Source of the DNA: Carcharhinus amblyrhynchos
Taxonomy: Eukaryota
Reading direction: 5' to 3'
DNA: 64,000 bases
Assembly: GCA_965287045.1 (NCBI GenBank)
Contig: OZ336884.1
Coordinates: forward strand, 45,942,001-46,006,000
Below the pieces are notes generated by a model. It made no database searches. It saw nothing but the letters and a program-made list of their open reading frames with translations, and was not told where the DNA came from. This document shows, one piece after another, positions 50,220 to 61,516 of this stretch. The position numbers and the translations under genes were made by a program. How positions within the stretch are numbered: the first letter of the stretch is position 1; every line of letters begins with the position of its first letter.

Positions 50220-51045
50220 CTCAATTTTACTATTTTGATTCTAAGTGCTGGACGGACTTGAAACTGGGAATGTTCAGATCTGACTTTTAGACCCATTCTG
50301 AGGGGGCCTCCCCATATTCACTCTGCCTGAAAAAATGTCAGCGATTCCGAATTGTGCTGTAGAAACCTGTGGGTGGGATTTAAGCACTCAAAATCCTGCA
50401 GCTCTGATTGGTGCCTCCAACTGCGCAAAAAAAAGATAAAAGGCTGCTTCCCTGCCACATCCTCCCTGAGCGGATAATGCCTCCCCCCAGCCTCCACAGA
50501 CATTGCCCCATTTCCACAACATTACAGACCCTCTTATCCTCCAACCTCTCCACCACCCAGACCGATCATGGGCTCCTCCCCTCCTCTGATCTCAGGCAGA
50601 ATGGCAGCAGACCTCCCTTCTGCACCCCCCCCTCCCCGATCTCAAGCAGATTGGCAGTAGAACCAACCTTCCACCTTGCCAATGATCTAAGCAGAGAGCC
50701 ATCGGACATTGGGCAGCCACCTCCTCAGTAACTGGAGCACCCGAATCGAACTTCTATGAACCTTGTCTGTTTTGTGCCAATTCTGGATGGGCAAATGTGG
50801 TGATAAAGGGGGAAGTAGCAGTAAAGTTGGGCGTGCAGCCCATTAAGACACGTTAAATGAATGCAAATGCATTTAAATAGCCGTCGTGCCAATTTCAGGC
50901 ACAGTCCCAAGTGCGGCCATTTTCGGGCCTTGATGAAGGGGGAACTGGCAAGGAGGTGGGTGCGGATCGCACAACACACCTCATGCCTGACTTTACTAAG
51001 TTTTCCGGTGAAAACTGGGCAAAATGCAATGGTAAAATCGGGCCC
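50220..51045. mobile_element. Non-autonomous DNA transposon (Harbinger-like MITE)
   Basis: Termini CTCAATTTTACTATTT (50220) and ATGGTAAAATCGGGCCC (~51029-51045) are inverted. C-rich subrepeats inside. Confidence 0.6.
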
Positions 51046-51172
51046 TTTGTGTCAGGGAGACCAGCTAGGGTAAATATATGGAGTTATGAGGATAAGGCAT
51101 GGGTGGGATTGTGGTTGGTGCAGACTCAATGGGCTGAATTGCCTCCTTCTGCATTGTAGGGTTCTATAATTC
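51045..51172 (+). mobile_element. HE1-like SINE 3' end
   Basis: Matches 28186-28306. Confidence 0.75.
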
Positions 51173-51340
51173 TACACTGTCTCCTTATAACTGGACCTTG
51201 GTATCCTTTTTGTGGGATATGCAGCTGGGGAAAAGGAAAGTGATGCTGAAATTGCTGCTGGAGCTGTTGACCTCTGGGTGCTCTCTGCTCTTGAGCATCA
51301 GTAGATGTGGATGGCGGAACTAATTGATTGGTTTTCCCTG

Positions 51341-51650
51341 ATCATAGAATCCTACCGTGCAGAGGGAGGCAATTCAGCCTATTGCGTCTGCATTGGCCAC
51401 AATCACACCCAGGCCCTATCCCCATAATCCCATACATTTACCCTGTTAGTCCTCCTGACACTAAGGGTCAATTTACCATGGCCAAGCCACCAAACCCGCA
51501 CATCTTTGAACTGTGAGAGAAAACCTAAGCACCCAGAGGAGACCCATGCAGACACAGGGAAAATGTGTAAACTCCACACAAACCAATGACTGAAGCCAGG
51601 AGTTGAACCTGAGTCCCTGATACAGTGAGGTAGTGGTGCTAACTACCATG
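51341..51650 (-). mobile_element. HE1-like SINE, full length
   Basis: ATCATAGAATCCTAC...GTTGAACCTG...GTGCTAACTACCATGCC. Confidence 0.9.
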
Positions 51651-52780
51651 CCTTCCCCAATACAGGGATTGCAAACAGAAGATCAGTCCTTTTGATGTGT
51701 CTGAGCACCACTGTGCCACCTTGCCCCACCCCCCAAACTACAAAAGCTGTTGCAATGACACAATGAAGGTTGGCATCAAGGAAGCACAACTGAAACAAGT
51801 GAAGTGCTGGATAGTTGAAGTGCCTGCCAAGTTGGCAAATCACTTGTCAAGCAGTAAAAATCACTAAGCAAAGAAGCACTTTGAACAGCAGTTTCATGAT
51901 GGTCATGGCTAAGTTCTTCAGCGCAATTGATCAAAGAATTTGCAGCTCTTCAGTTTCTGTGAAGAAACTCTCTTCATTCTGCGTTTACCTTGGTGACCCT
52001 GGCAAGTTGTAAACAGGCCAGGAAACAATTTCCATGACTGGGAATTTGAGGATTCGCTGTCAAAACAGCAAAACCTTAACAACCTCAACAACTTCTTAAT
52101 TATGCAACAAGTCCAATAAGTCTCCTACAATCCATCCTGGGAGAAAGTCGGAGAGGTTGGGATCACATCAGGATATTGGCCCATTGTCAATTTCCAGAGC
52201 ACAAAATTCATCTCCAAATATGCCTCCAATGGCTGAGTAAAATTTCTGTACAACTCACCTATAAGGGACAGTGCATTTTGAACTGTTTAAGCAAGGCCAA
52301 AACATATTATATATTTTTTTCCTCCTTTCACAACAGAACCAATTCACATACACTGTTAGACTCCTAGCCATAGACTATCAGACTTATCTAAAATATCAGA
52401 CTAACCTTCAACTACACTTTCAACAGCAGAACTGAGGACCATTATTTCTGACATTAACGATTCATAAATAATTGGTAGTCAATTCAAATAAATAGTACCT
52501 CCATTCTCTGAGGTGAAATGTAAGGCAAGATTCCAATTAAAAGTTTCTCTTCAATCCAAAATCACATTTTCCATTTGAACTTGAGAAAGTGCAATTTCTT
52601 GCATTGATCTTGATATATTGCTGGAACAAAACAGTTATATTGACTGCTACGGGGATTTTTTGCCTCTCCTAATCATTTATCTATTTTCACAATTTCCCAG
52701 TGGTAACCTTCATTATGTGTATTGTGGTATTTTCAATTGGAAATAATTCACACACAGACTCTATTTTAATCAGCTGTGAT

Positions 52781-53056
52781 GGGCAGCACGGTAGCACAGT
52801 GGTTAGCATTGCTGCTTCACAGGCCAGGGACCCAGGTTCAATTCCCAGCTTGGGTCACTGTCTGTGTGGAGTTTGCATGTTCTCCCTGTGTCTGTGTGGG
52901 TTTTCCTCCAGGTCTCCAGATTCCTCCCACATTCTGAAAGATGGTAGTTAGGTGCATTGACCCAAACAGGTGCTGGACAGTGGTGAATAAGGGAATTTCA
53001 CAGTAACTTCATTGCAATATTAATATAAGCCTTACTTGTGACGAATAAATAAACTT
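52781..53056 (+). mobile_element. HE1-like SINE, full length
   Basis: GGGCAGCACGGTAGCACAGTGGTTAGC, GGTTCAATTCC, and tail AATAAATAAAC. Confidence 0.92.
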
Positions 53057-53683
53057 CATGTAGCACAGTTATTCCTTCACCTAACAGTGACAGTAACATT
53101 ACAATATGTTCAGTTCTTACGATATACTGCCCTCCCTCCCCACTTAAGAAAAAATACATTAATATCACACAATTTAAAAATGTCTTATCAAGCTATGATT
53201 AAAATGTACACAATTTCCCAGAATATGATTAAACCAATATCAACAATACCTAAAACCCTTTCAGGCTAGGTGGAATTTAGTATTTACTGTAATCACAATT
53301 AATACACATATAATTGGTGTATGACCAGAATGGACTTGCATACAAGAAATGTTTTTCCTTAACACCAGTTGTGTTTAACAAAAGTATAATTTGACAAGAA
53401 ATAATAGGAGGAACTTATAATTCACGAAATAAACCCTGAGCACATAGGTTAAAATAACTTCAACTAATTCTTAGAAATGATTATTTCAGACTGCAATATG
53501 TATGTACTTTTTGTTCTGTGTATCATTTTCAAAATACAGCATTTAACTGCAGTTCAAGTATTTCATGCCATTTGGTTTAATTACCTTTTTTCAACCAAAA
53601 TTAATTTTAAAAACTTAAACCTTCCTTGGGATAGGAATTAGGCTTAAATTTCCTCTTCAAGTTATTTTGTTCTTCTCACATAC

Positions 53684-53842
53684 CTCAAATTAACCTATCA
53701 AGTTGTTCTTATTTTGCCATTTCGATGAACTTGAAACTGCTCTTTCAACATCTTTGAATGGTTGGTACTGAGAGAATAACTCACATGGAGACTCTATTGT
53801 AATTGCCCATGTTGTCTCACACTTTATTCCACCTATTACACA
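53684..53842 (-). pseudogene. Exon remnant (159 nt)
   Basis: cttctgtgtttgcAG|TGTG...TTTGAG|GTATGT; contains AAA GTG TGA GAC (KV*D, a decayed KVWD). Confidence 0.55.
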
Positions 53843-54319
53843 CTGCAAACACAGAAGTATTTGAATGACATAGAAAAGGACAAATGTCACTCAATACAGT
53901 AGCAAAGAATAACTTTGGAATAACTTCCAATTTCAATTAAATGCTGTAATAACAAGGACCCAGCACTTTTCTGGCTGGAAAGCACTGTTTGTTTATTATA
54001 AACTTGACTATTATGTTTTTCATTAATCAGCATTAACATTCAATATTTGGAGGAGCCCACCATAATTCAAGAACTTTATCTGTGACTCTTCTAATCATAG
54101 CATCACTATAAATGACAAAACAGTTTTTCCAATTGTCAGGGCAATGAGCACCTAGAACATTTGTAAGTCTGTGCCCCTAATTCTTATAATCTTGGTAAAT
54201 TTGGCCCAATGCATTTTTGTATTTAGTACAATACACATTTTTCCCTTTGCACGTTTGCTAAAAATTCCAAAGAAGAGAGTTTAACTTCAAAACTATTGAA
54301 GCCACCTATTTGAAATTCC

Positions 54320-55400
54320 TACATAGGGACAGGAACCAGCTACTCAGACACTTAAAACTGTTGTCATTTAATCAGATCATGCTTTATCTGTGCCTCAACA
54401 TTATTTATGTGCCTTTCAGTAACATCCTTTGATATTCTAAATATACAAAGCTCTTCCTGATCTCATCCTTTAAGGTTATAATCAAGTTATCAAAGTATTT
54501 TGGAATGAGAATTCCACAGTGCACTACCCCTTTGCATGACAACCTCCTTCCTCATTTACCCTGAATTGACCTTTTTTTTAAAGATCTCACCCCATTATTC
54601 ATAAATTGCCAAAGCCAGCAACTTTCCTGTATTGAACTCTTTAATTTTCTTACCATTTATATATCTCAATTCAATCACTTTTCATCATCTAAACTCAGAG
54701 GAACGCAAACCAAGTGTATTCAACCTGTTCTCCAAACTGAACCCTTTAACCTCTGGTGCCATTCCGATGAAAGATGTTATAATGCTCAAGTATGATTATT
54801 CTTCCTGAGGTGCAGTGTCCAAAACTAAATATAGCACTCTACATGGGCCAGGATTTTCCAGCTGTTTCTGCTTCGGAATCTTCCGCTCCAGCCAAAGGTA
54901 ACCACCCCAACCCCATAGCAGGTTCCCCAGCGGTATGGCAGGCAAGCAACACAAATGGCTGTTGACTTCACTGAGACTGGAAGGTGTGCCAACTATGCAT
55001 AGGAAAACCCCTATGGGGCAGGGAGAATCCTGTCACTAAGTCTAATCTGAGCTCTTTATGACTGAAGCATAACTTCTTTCCCTTGTAATCCAACATTCTC
55101 TTAATTGTCTGATTACATTTTCTTAACTGGTTTCAATGATTCAAGTAACTAGACTAAAATCCCTTTGCTCTCCTGCAGTTGTAAACTGGATGACCATGCA
55201 CTTACCCACATTAAACTCAATCTGGCATTATTTTGTCTACTTATTAATCTGTACATCCCTTTGGAATGCCTGGTCCCATGTTTACATTTCATTGTACTTC
55301 CTAATTTACAATCATTTACAAACTTGGATATATAACTGGTGAATAGCAGAAAACTCCTACCACTGAGTAATACTATTTCTACCATTATTATTCCAACCTT
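54320..55400 (-). mobile_element. Old CR1 3' fragment with a small MITE (~54843-55035) inside
   Basis: Reverse 3' UTR at ~54325-54385 and ISKFVNDCKLG at 55149-55385. Confidence 0.65.
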
Positions 55401-55902
55401 ACTTTACAGGAAAAAATGTAACTTGAAAGAACTCACCCATTTTCAGTTATGTCACATGGTTTATATTATCATGATGTAACACATGCCAAAGGCACTGAAG
55501 TCAAATGGATTTCTTAATCTTGTCTAACATTAGAATTGGATTTACATCTTGCATTTTTTAAATGTACAAACCAGAAATGAGACTCAAGTACAAGTGAAAA
55601 CTTCAAGTTGTCTCAAATAAATGTACAAATCAACAAGAAAGCCAATGCAAAAGTTATCACTGAAATATGCATTAGAAATTCAAATATTTTCTCTCCCATC
55701 TTTAAAAAGGATGCAATATGATACATTACTGACAACACTTGACACAAAAGATGACCAGTATAACACTTTTATAATTATTCAAACATTAATTTACCCTGCT
55801 GCATTAAAATTAAATTCATTCAACTAATCAAAGAGTCTTTTGCCAAAATTACCAACGCAAATTTCAAAACACAGCAAATGAGGAAGAACAATTTTCTCTT
55901 AC

Positions 55903-56006
55903 TGTGGCTGTTCCATCTAAATACAGATGCATGCCAGTAAATTTTTCGACTTTTTTCCTGGATTTTCCTCTGGCATAATAAGAAATCTGTGCACTTCACA
56001 ACTTAC
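55903..56006 (-). pseudogene. Exon remnant (104 nt)
   Basis: Long pyrimidine tract ttttcttttctcttttgactctAG and donor GTAAGA. Stops in all three frames. Confidence 0.55.
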
Positions 56007-56177
56007 CTAGAGTCAAAAGAGAAAAGAAAATTGCTAATAAAGCGTCTGTCTCAAAAGCAGATGTCACTTATATATCACATTCAGTATCTTGAATTTGTCA
56101 GAGCAATGTTGATTGCTAGATTAAATCACTAGAGCATTATGTTCAAAAAACTGCTGAAATAAAAAGGTTTCTCTTAC

Positions 56178-56244
56178 TGATGGTTGCTAATGCTCACTGT
56201 CTTGTCTGAGCTACAAGATCACTATCAATTTGTAATATGTGGAT
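56178..56244 (-). pseudogene. Exon remnant (67 nt)
   Basis: aaccttttAG|ATCCACAT...AACCATCA|GTAAGA; the WD40-type SCSSDKTVSI is preceded by in-frame stops. Confidence 0.6.
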
Positions 56245-56394
56245 CTAAAAGGTTTGAATAAATGGTGAACAGGAAAATGTGTGAAATGGGGTATATTGAG
56301 CTTTATTATTCCGCTAAATAATCAACACAGGCAACACAAAGACAGGGGACTTACTCATTGTTGGCTTATATTGTATTCTTTTATAATTAGTTAC

Positions 56395-56474
56395 CGTAAA
56401 ATGGTAACAAATCCATGTATCCAGCACTGCAAACAGCATAATTCTGAGCCGGGGCTGGAGTAATCGAACTCGTG
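56395..56474 (-). pseudogene. Exon remnant (80 nt)
   Basis: tgtctgatttcAG|CACGAGTTCGATTAC...TTTTACG|GTAACT; gives HEFDYS and RLRIMLFAVLD in different frames. Confidence 0.6.
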
Positions 56475-56607
56475 CTGAAATCAGACAACAATGCCACTGA
56501 CCTGCTAGCAGCCACTACATGTGCATATTTTCGATTTCTTGGTCTTAACTAGAGGTTACGGAAGAGAAGCTGTAATTTTTGCAAATTGATGTCCAAATTT
56601 AACTCAC

Positions 56608-56707
56608 CAGGTAAAAAGCACAGATTTTGCATGATCCCTGACTCTTCTTGATATGTGGGCACTGGCTGTCCATTACAAGTCCACTGGTTACAATAGCATG
56701 GAGACAT
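56608..56707 (-). pseudogene. Exon remnant (100 nt)
   Basis: cattttgccttAG|ATGTCTCC...TTACCTG|GTGAGT; translates CLHAIVTSGLVMDSQCPHIKK... Confidence 0.65.
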
Positions 56708-56973
56708 CTAAGGCAAAATGAGTTAAATACACAAGGGGAAGCAGGAATAAAGAATATTGTTGTGTAATTGGAGTATGATACTTAGGAACACTTGATGAAT
56801 GGACTTAACTTTATCGTGGTGCATGTTTGCTCATACCTGCTGCTTCTCTATGTCGCATTACATCAGTTTATATGAATATATTATATATGCAAGAAAGTAT
56901 GTTGGGGTTTGGGGTTTTTCCTACCCCCTTCAAGTATGTGGGTCAGGAGGCCCTGGGGCGGGGGAGGACTCAC

Positions 56974-57025
56974 TCCACCCAGCATGGCTGTACAGTCTTA
57001 AATCTGACTGTGGAACATTGCATAC
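56974..57025 (-). pseudogene. Exon remnant (52 nt)
   Basis: ttctttattgtAG|GTATGCAATGTTCCA...GGGTGGA|GTGAGT; translates VCNVPQ... Confidence 0.5.
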
Positions 57026-57319
57026 CTACAATAAAGAACTCCAAGTGTTCAAATTTTTGAACACTTGTGGTTCTTTAGGCACTGCAAGTCGATAGGTACA
57101 TACATAACAGCATATGTTACAACAGCAGAACTCTACATTGAGCCACCTTTCCGACCCCCTCCCCTTAATTTGAATGTTTCCCAAAACAAGCGCAACACGA
57201 ACAATAATCAATGGGTTAGTCACTACTATAAAATCAGGTGGTCTGGAAGTCGTTACTCTCGGAATGGTTGTTGGCAATCCTCTGGCATTTTCATCTTCAC
57301 ACTGGTGGCTGTTTAATCA

Positions 57320-58650
57320 ACAATAATATGGGAACTGGAGATTGTTTCTGTGCCTGAACAGAGGGTGAGGTTTTGATTTCCAGGTGGTGTATGTGTCACA
57401 GGAAAGTTCTGACTTGCTAAGCCCTAAAGTCTCAACAGGCTCCAATTTTGCAGACATTTTTACAGCGAGTAACTGGTCTGCATGTCTCCTTGATCTGAGG
57501 TCTACTCAGTAAAGCAACAGATCCAGTTTGCACAAGGACTGTGACAGGAAATTAATTTTACCCTTGAGGGTTAATTCCAAGTCAAGACTCCTTGTTTCTG
57601 GTGGAAAACCCCTTGTGTTCTGCCTTACATTCACATTATTTCACATGTGTTTGTTGTTGTTGTTGCACAATCTCCTTGGTTTTTGAGATTTTAGGTGGTC
57701 ATATGCAAAACACAACTGCCTTTTCATCATGAGTAATGCTGGAAATGTTTTGGTCATGGCATTTATTGTGCTGCGATAGACCAGTCAATTTGTTGAAGTG
57801 TTGGCTCATTGACGAGATCTTGAGGCTTATGTGTTAAACAAACACTTTCATTGGTTGGCTTCAACTGTGTACAGTTCTAAATATAATCTTGTATGATGCT
57901 GTTCCATGCAGGCTTGCTGCTTACCAAGTTCTCTCTTTGGCTGTTCTCTATGTGATGACATACACCACTTTGTGGATGGTGCCACTCTCCAGTCTGCCAG
58001 TGACCCTTGCTCTGCTGACACCAGTCTTTATAAATGTATGCAGGCACTTATTGTCAAAATGTAACAAAATCTTGTGTCTAAACAGTTCATTCACAATCTT
58101 GGTCTATCATGTGAAGGAATAGTCATGGCATTCTGTTTCCGGTACATAGATCATATGATAAAGTTTCTTCTCTTTCCAGCATTTAATTCAGCAACTTTTT
58201 CATTGACCATTTTATCATAACAGGTCTCATGTTTTTCTATTAGTGTGACTATCTTAATGATCTTGTTCTGGCGCATAATCTTAGTTTCATTCTCTGTCTG
58301 AATTGCTGATTCTGCTGTCAATTTCAATGTTTTTACCTCTTCCCTTAATTTCTCATTGTCAAACCCTCTTTCTTCAAGCTCTTATTCTCCTCATTCAATT
58401 CTTCACTAGACTGGTTCTTATCGTTGCTTTTTCTTTGAGTTCAGCCTATTTTACACTGTCTCATTCAGTTCTCCTCCATCATTTTGCAAATTTTTGCAAC
58501 TTTCTTTTCCCTAAGTTTGCTATCAGTCATTTCATCTCATTTTTTTAATGTCTTCTCTGGCGCTTTAATTCTTTTGCCTCTATGTTGAATAGTTCCTAGT
58601 TTCTTTTGAAGTCTTTCATTCTTGTGCTTCTTCCAAAAGAAAATCAATCA
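57320..58650 (-). mobile_element. Possible decayed non-LTR retroelement
   Basis: LCFAYD (FADD-like) at ~57685-57712 and KQGV-like at ~57585-57600 on -. Heavily degraded. Confidence 0.35.
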
Positions 58651-58759
58651 TGTTCTGAATGGACATACACATTGCACAAGTGCAACCTTCAATTCTATTT
58701 GTCTTAAGGGATAATATCTAACAAATACGTTGACAGGGTTAGATGAAGAAAGTTAAGTT

Positions 58760-58878
58760 TAAAGTTTATTTATTCATCACAAGTAAGGCTTACATTAACA
58801 TTGCAATGAAGTTACTGTGAAATTCCCCTAGTCACCAGAGTGTGGTGCCTGTTCAGATCAATGCACCTAACCAGCGCA
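58760..58878 (-). mobile_element. HE1-like SINE 3' end
   Basis: Reverse of 52945-53056. A shorter piece lies at 62060-62120. Confidence 0.8.
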
Positions 58879-58929
58879 TAAATGCTAACATCGACTGACT
58901 GGACTAAATAGCCTGGTTCTGTGCTATCA

Positions 58930-59720
58930 ATTTACTGTTGGTACCTTGATTGTCTTTCTTCCCATCCAGCTCCCTGCAAGAATATCTAATTTTCTCCTAG
59001 CTCCTCCAATCGTATCAGCTGAGGCAGTGTCACCTTTCTTACCAAATTTTCCAAAGTATCAATTCCCAAATCCCCCCACCCAACCCATAATTAGGAATTG
59101 CTCACAAATGTGTTTGCCCCATAACCTGAATGATATCCCATCTATTCTCACCTTCTATCCCACCATACTCAGTATTCAGCAGATTACGTTTTGACATTCC
59201 TGCCACTTCCAGCTCAAACACACTACTGAAGCCATCCACTACTTAACTTTCAAACTTCCGAAGGGACAGTTCATCCTATGACACCCTGATCAACCCATCC
59301 ATCACCCCCAATACTTTCCCAAGCAAACAAGGGAGATCTGCCCTTTCACCTCCTCTTTCATTGTTATCCAGAGTCCCGATACATTCCTCCCACTGAGACA
59401 ATGATTTATTTCAACTTCTACAATCTTATGTACTGTAATTTGCTGCTCATGTCTGGGAAGATAAAATACAAATTAGGTGATCACTTTTTTGAATACCTTC
59501 TTTTGGCCTACAAATATAACTCTGAGCTTTTGGTCACTTGCCACCTGAATTCTGAATCCCACCCTGAACTCTCTGTCTATGGCCTCTTGCATTGTTCTAA
59601 TGAAGTTGAATACAAGCTGAAGGAGCAGGATCTCATTTTTACACCAGGCACATTTACAATCTCTGCCTGCAGCTTTGATTTCATACTCGAATCATTGCTC
59701 CCATTTTCTCTTAGATAGAA
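58930..59720 (+). mobile_element. Decayed Penelope-like element, GIY-YIG C-terminal region
   Basis: ORF 59401-59718 NLMYC...KLGDHFFEYL...LLVTCHLNSESH...SVYGLLHC...KLKEQDLIF is a Penelope endonuclease remnant. Confidence 0.8.
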
Positions 59721-61383
59721 ATGCATGGCTACCCAACCCAATGTGTGTTGATCATCTTTTCTGTTCTCAATACAATTTTTTTTTTATTGGTCTTGAGAGT
59801 ACTAAGGAGCACTTTGGATAGAAGATCAGTAAATTACTCAATTGAGGTATGTGCAATATTAGGAAATTTTCCAACTTGATCATTCACTCCCCACCTCCAA
59901 ACCCACCCCAACAGATCTTTCAGATAATCAGAAGAACTGCTGCAGTTTATAGATTCCATATGCCTTTAATGTAATCAATCAAGACATTAACTGGTGTTAA
60001 TCTAATCAAGATTAAATGGAAAGGTATTGATCACCCAAATCTCCCTCATCATCTTTTCAGTGAGTCACTGTAATGCATTAACAGTAATGTCTCCATACAT
60101 TAGGCAGAGTGGAGATTAGTAAAGCCAAAAGCTTTTAAACCAAAAAAGCATTCAACTTAGCAAAGCCATAAATTGTTTGCTTCGTGGCTAAAAGATCAGT
60201 AAAGCAATTTGCTAAAGGAAAAGCATAAATTTATTTAACTACACAGATATATTCAGAAGTCCTGTGATGCGAAGAACAATACTTAGACAAACGGTGATCC
60301 ATTGACCCACAATTAAAGGCCTGGCCACTGGCATCATATATCCATGCACACTATAAAGGAAGTAGAGAGATGATCGAATGCAGCAAGTAAAAGCCTTTAG
60401 AGATTACACCTCTGACACTAGTCAATATGACCATTTCAAAAAATGCACTTTAGATTACACTGCAAACTTTGCAGGCTCATAAATCCTAATAATTCTCTTC
60501 AAATGCTACAATTTTAACAGCTGAGGAAATACATCTTAGTGTATTTAAGTGCTGCAAAGTACATTATGTACAGTCCAATTTTTGAACTGCAATATCCAAG
60601 ACAATCCAATTGCAACGTCCTGCCTTACAGGAATTTACCTTTTTTTTCATAAATAACCAAAGCGCATGTTCCAGTCTCACTCTAATTGCTGCTAGTATCT
60701 GATGTTAAATATTACAAAGGTAACAATTACTTTGAAATCTAACTTACAGGTCAAAATTTTCACTCTTAAAATAATTTATTGGTACTACACCTCATGAACT
60801 TGCCTGCCAGTTTAGGCTCATTTTGAAATACTTTTTTGGTCAATCTTTTTATTTTCACTGCAATGAAAATAACTGCAGCTAAGGTCCACAAGTTTCACCC
60901 TCCAAATCCTTACACAAGTCACAGTGTGCTACAATTGATTTAGTTGGTAGGACTCTTGCCTATGTTCGAGGTTGTGTCTTTAGGTTCCATTTCAGGACTT
61001 GTGCATAAAAATCATTATGATATTCCTGTGCAGTGCCGAGGGAGTGCTACACAGAGTTGCCATTCTCTGGATGAAATGTTATTGTGAGGAATTGTCTACC
61101 TTCTGCAGATTGTAAAACACATGCCATTTATTTTGACACTTATTTTGCAATTCTAATATCAAAGGCTAAGAAATAGCTAGCACAAAAGTCTACTTTTAAA
61201 ATCAAGCAATCTATTTTCAGACAGTGATGTTTACAATTTCCCTTTCAGTATAATATAGAAAGAGAAAATTACTGCATTATACTTTTACATTTTTTCTACT
61301 TAATTTACATAGTTCCACTAGGAAACGAAAGCTTTTTTCACTAACTTTGCCTCCACTAACAACTGTATAATGCTAAATACAGA

Positions 61384-61516
61384 CATTGGGTGGGATTTTA
61401 AGGCCTCACTTGTCCTGAAACCATAAAAACCTGCCGGGGTCAACAGACCTTTCCATTGACCACCCCTCGCCAGCTCCGATTCTTATGGCGAGTGGGATGG
61501 TAGAATTCCCCCAATG
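61384..61516. mobile_element. Small MITE with GGG..GATTTT-type TIRs
   Basis: CATTGGGTGGGATTTTA ... TAGAATTCCCCCAATG are inverted termini. Related elements at ~32050-32265, ~35585-35715 and ~54843-55035. Confidence 0.65.

Larger units (their letters stand above)
29540..57308 (-). pseudogene. Decayed multi-exon WD40-repeat gene (WDR49/WDR64/WDR95/WDY-like), probable unprocessed pseudogene
   Basis: A series of AG/GT-bounded segments whose broken translations give ordered WD40-like pieces: LHAIVTSG, EFDYS, YDPHIT, SCSSDKTVSI, KV*D, VAVRDIF...NIHSAEISS, AGLCDG, HIISCS...SQFFAPE, DQGNT...LVSG. Family match is by recalled motif order only. Confidence 0.6.

Noticed and set aside
55984-56006. In-frame TGA codons read as selenocysteine
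   Set aside because: They are accompanied by TAA/TAG stops and frameshifts, and no SECIS is seen; pseudogenisation is simpler.
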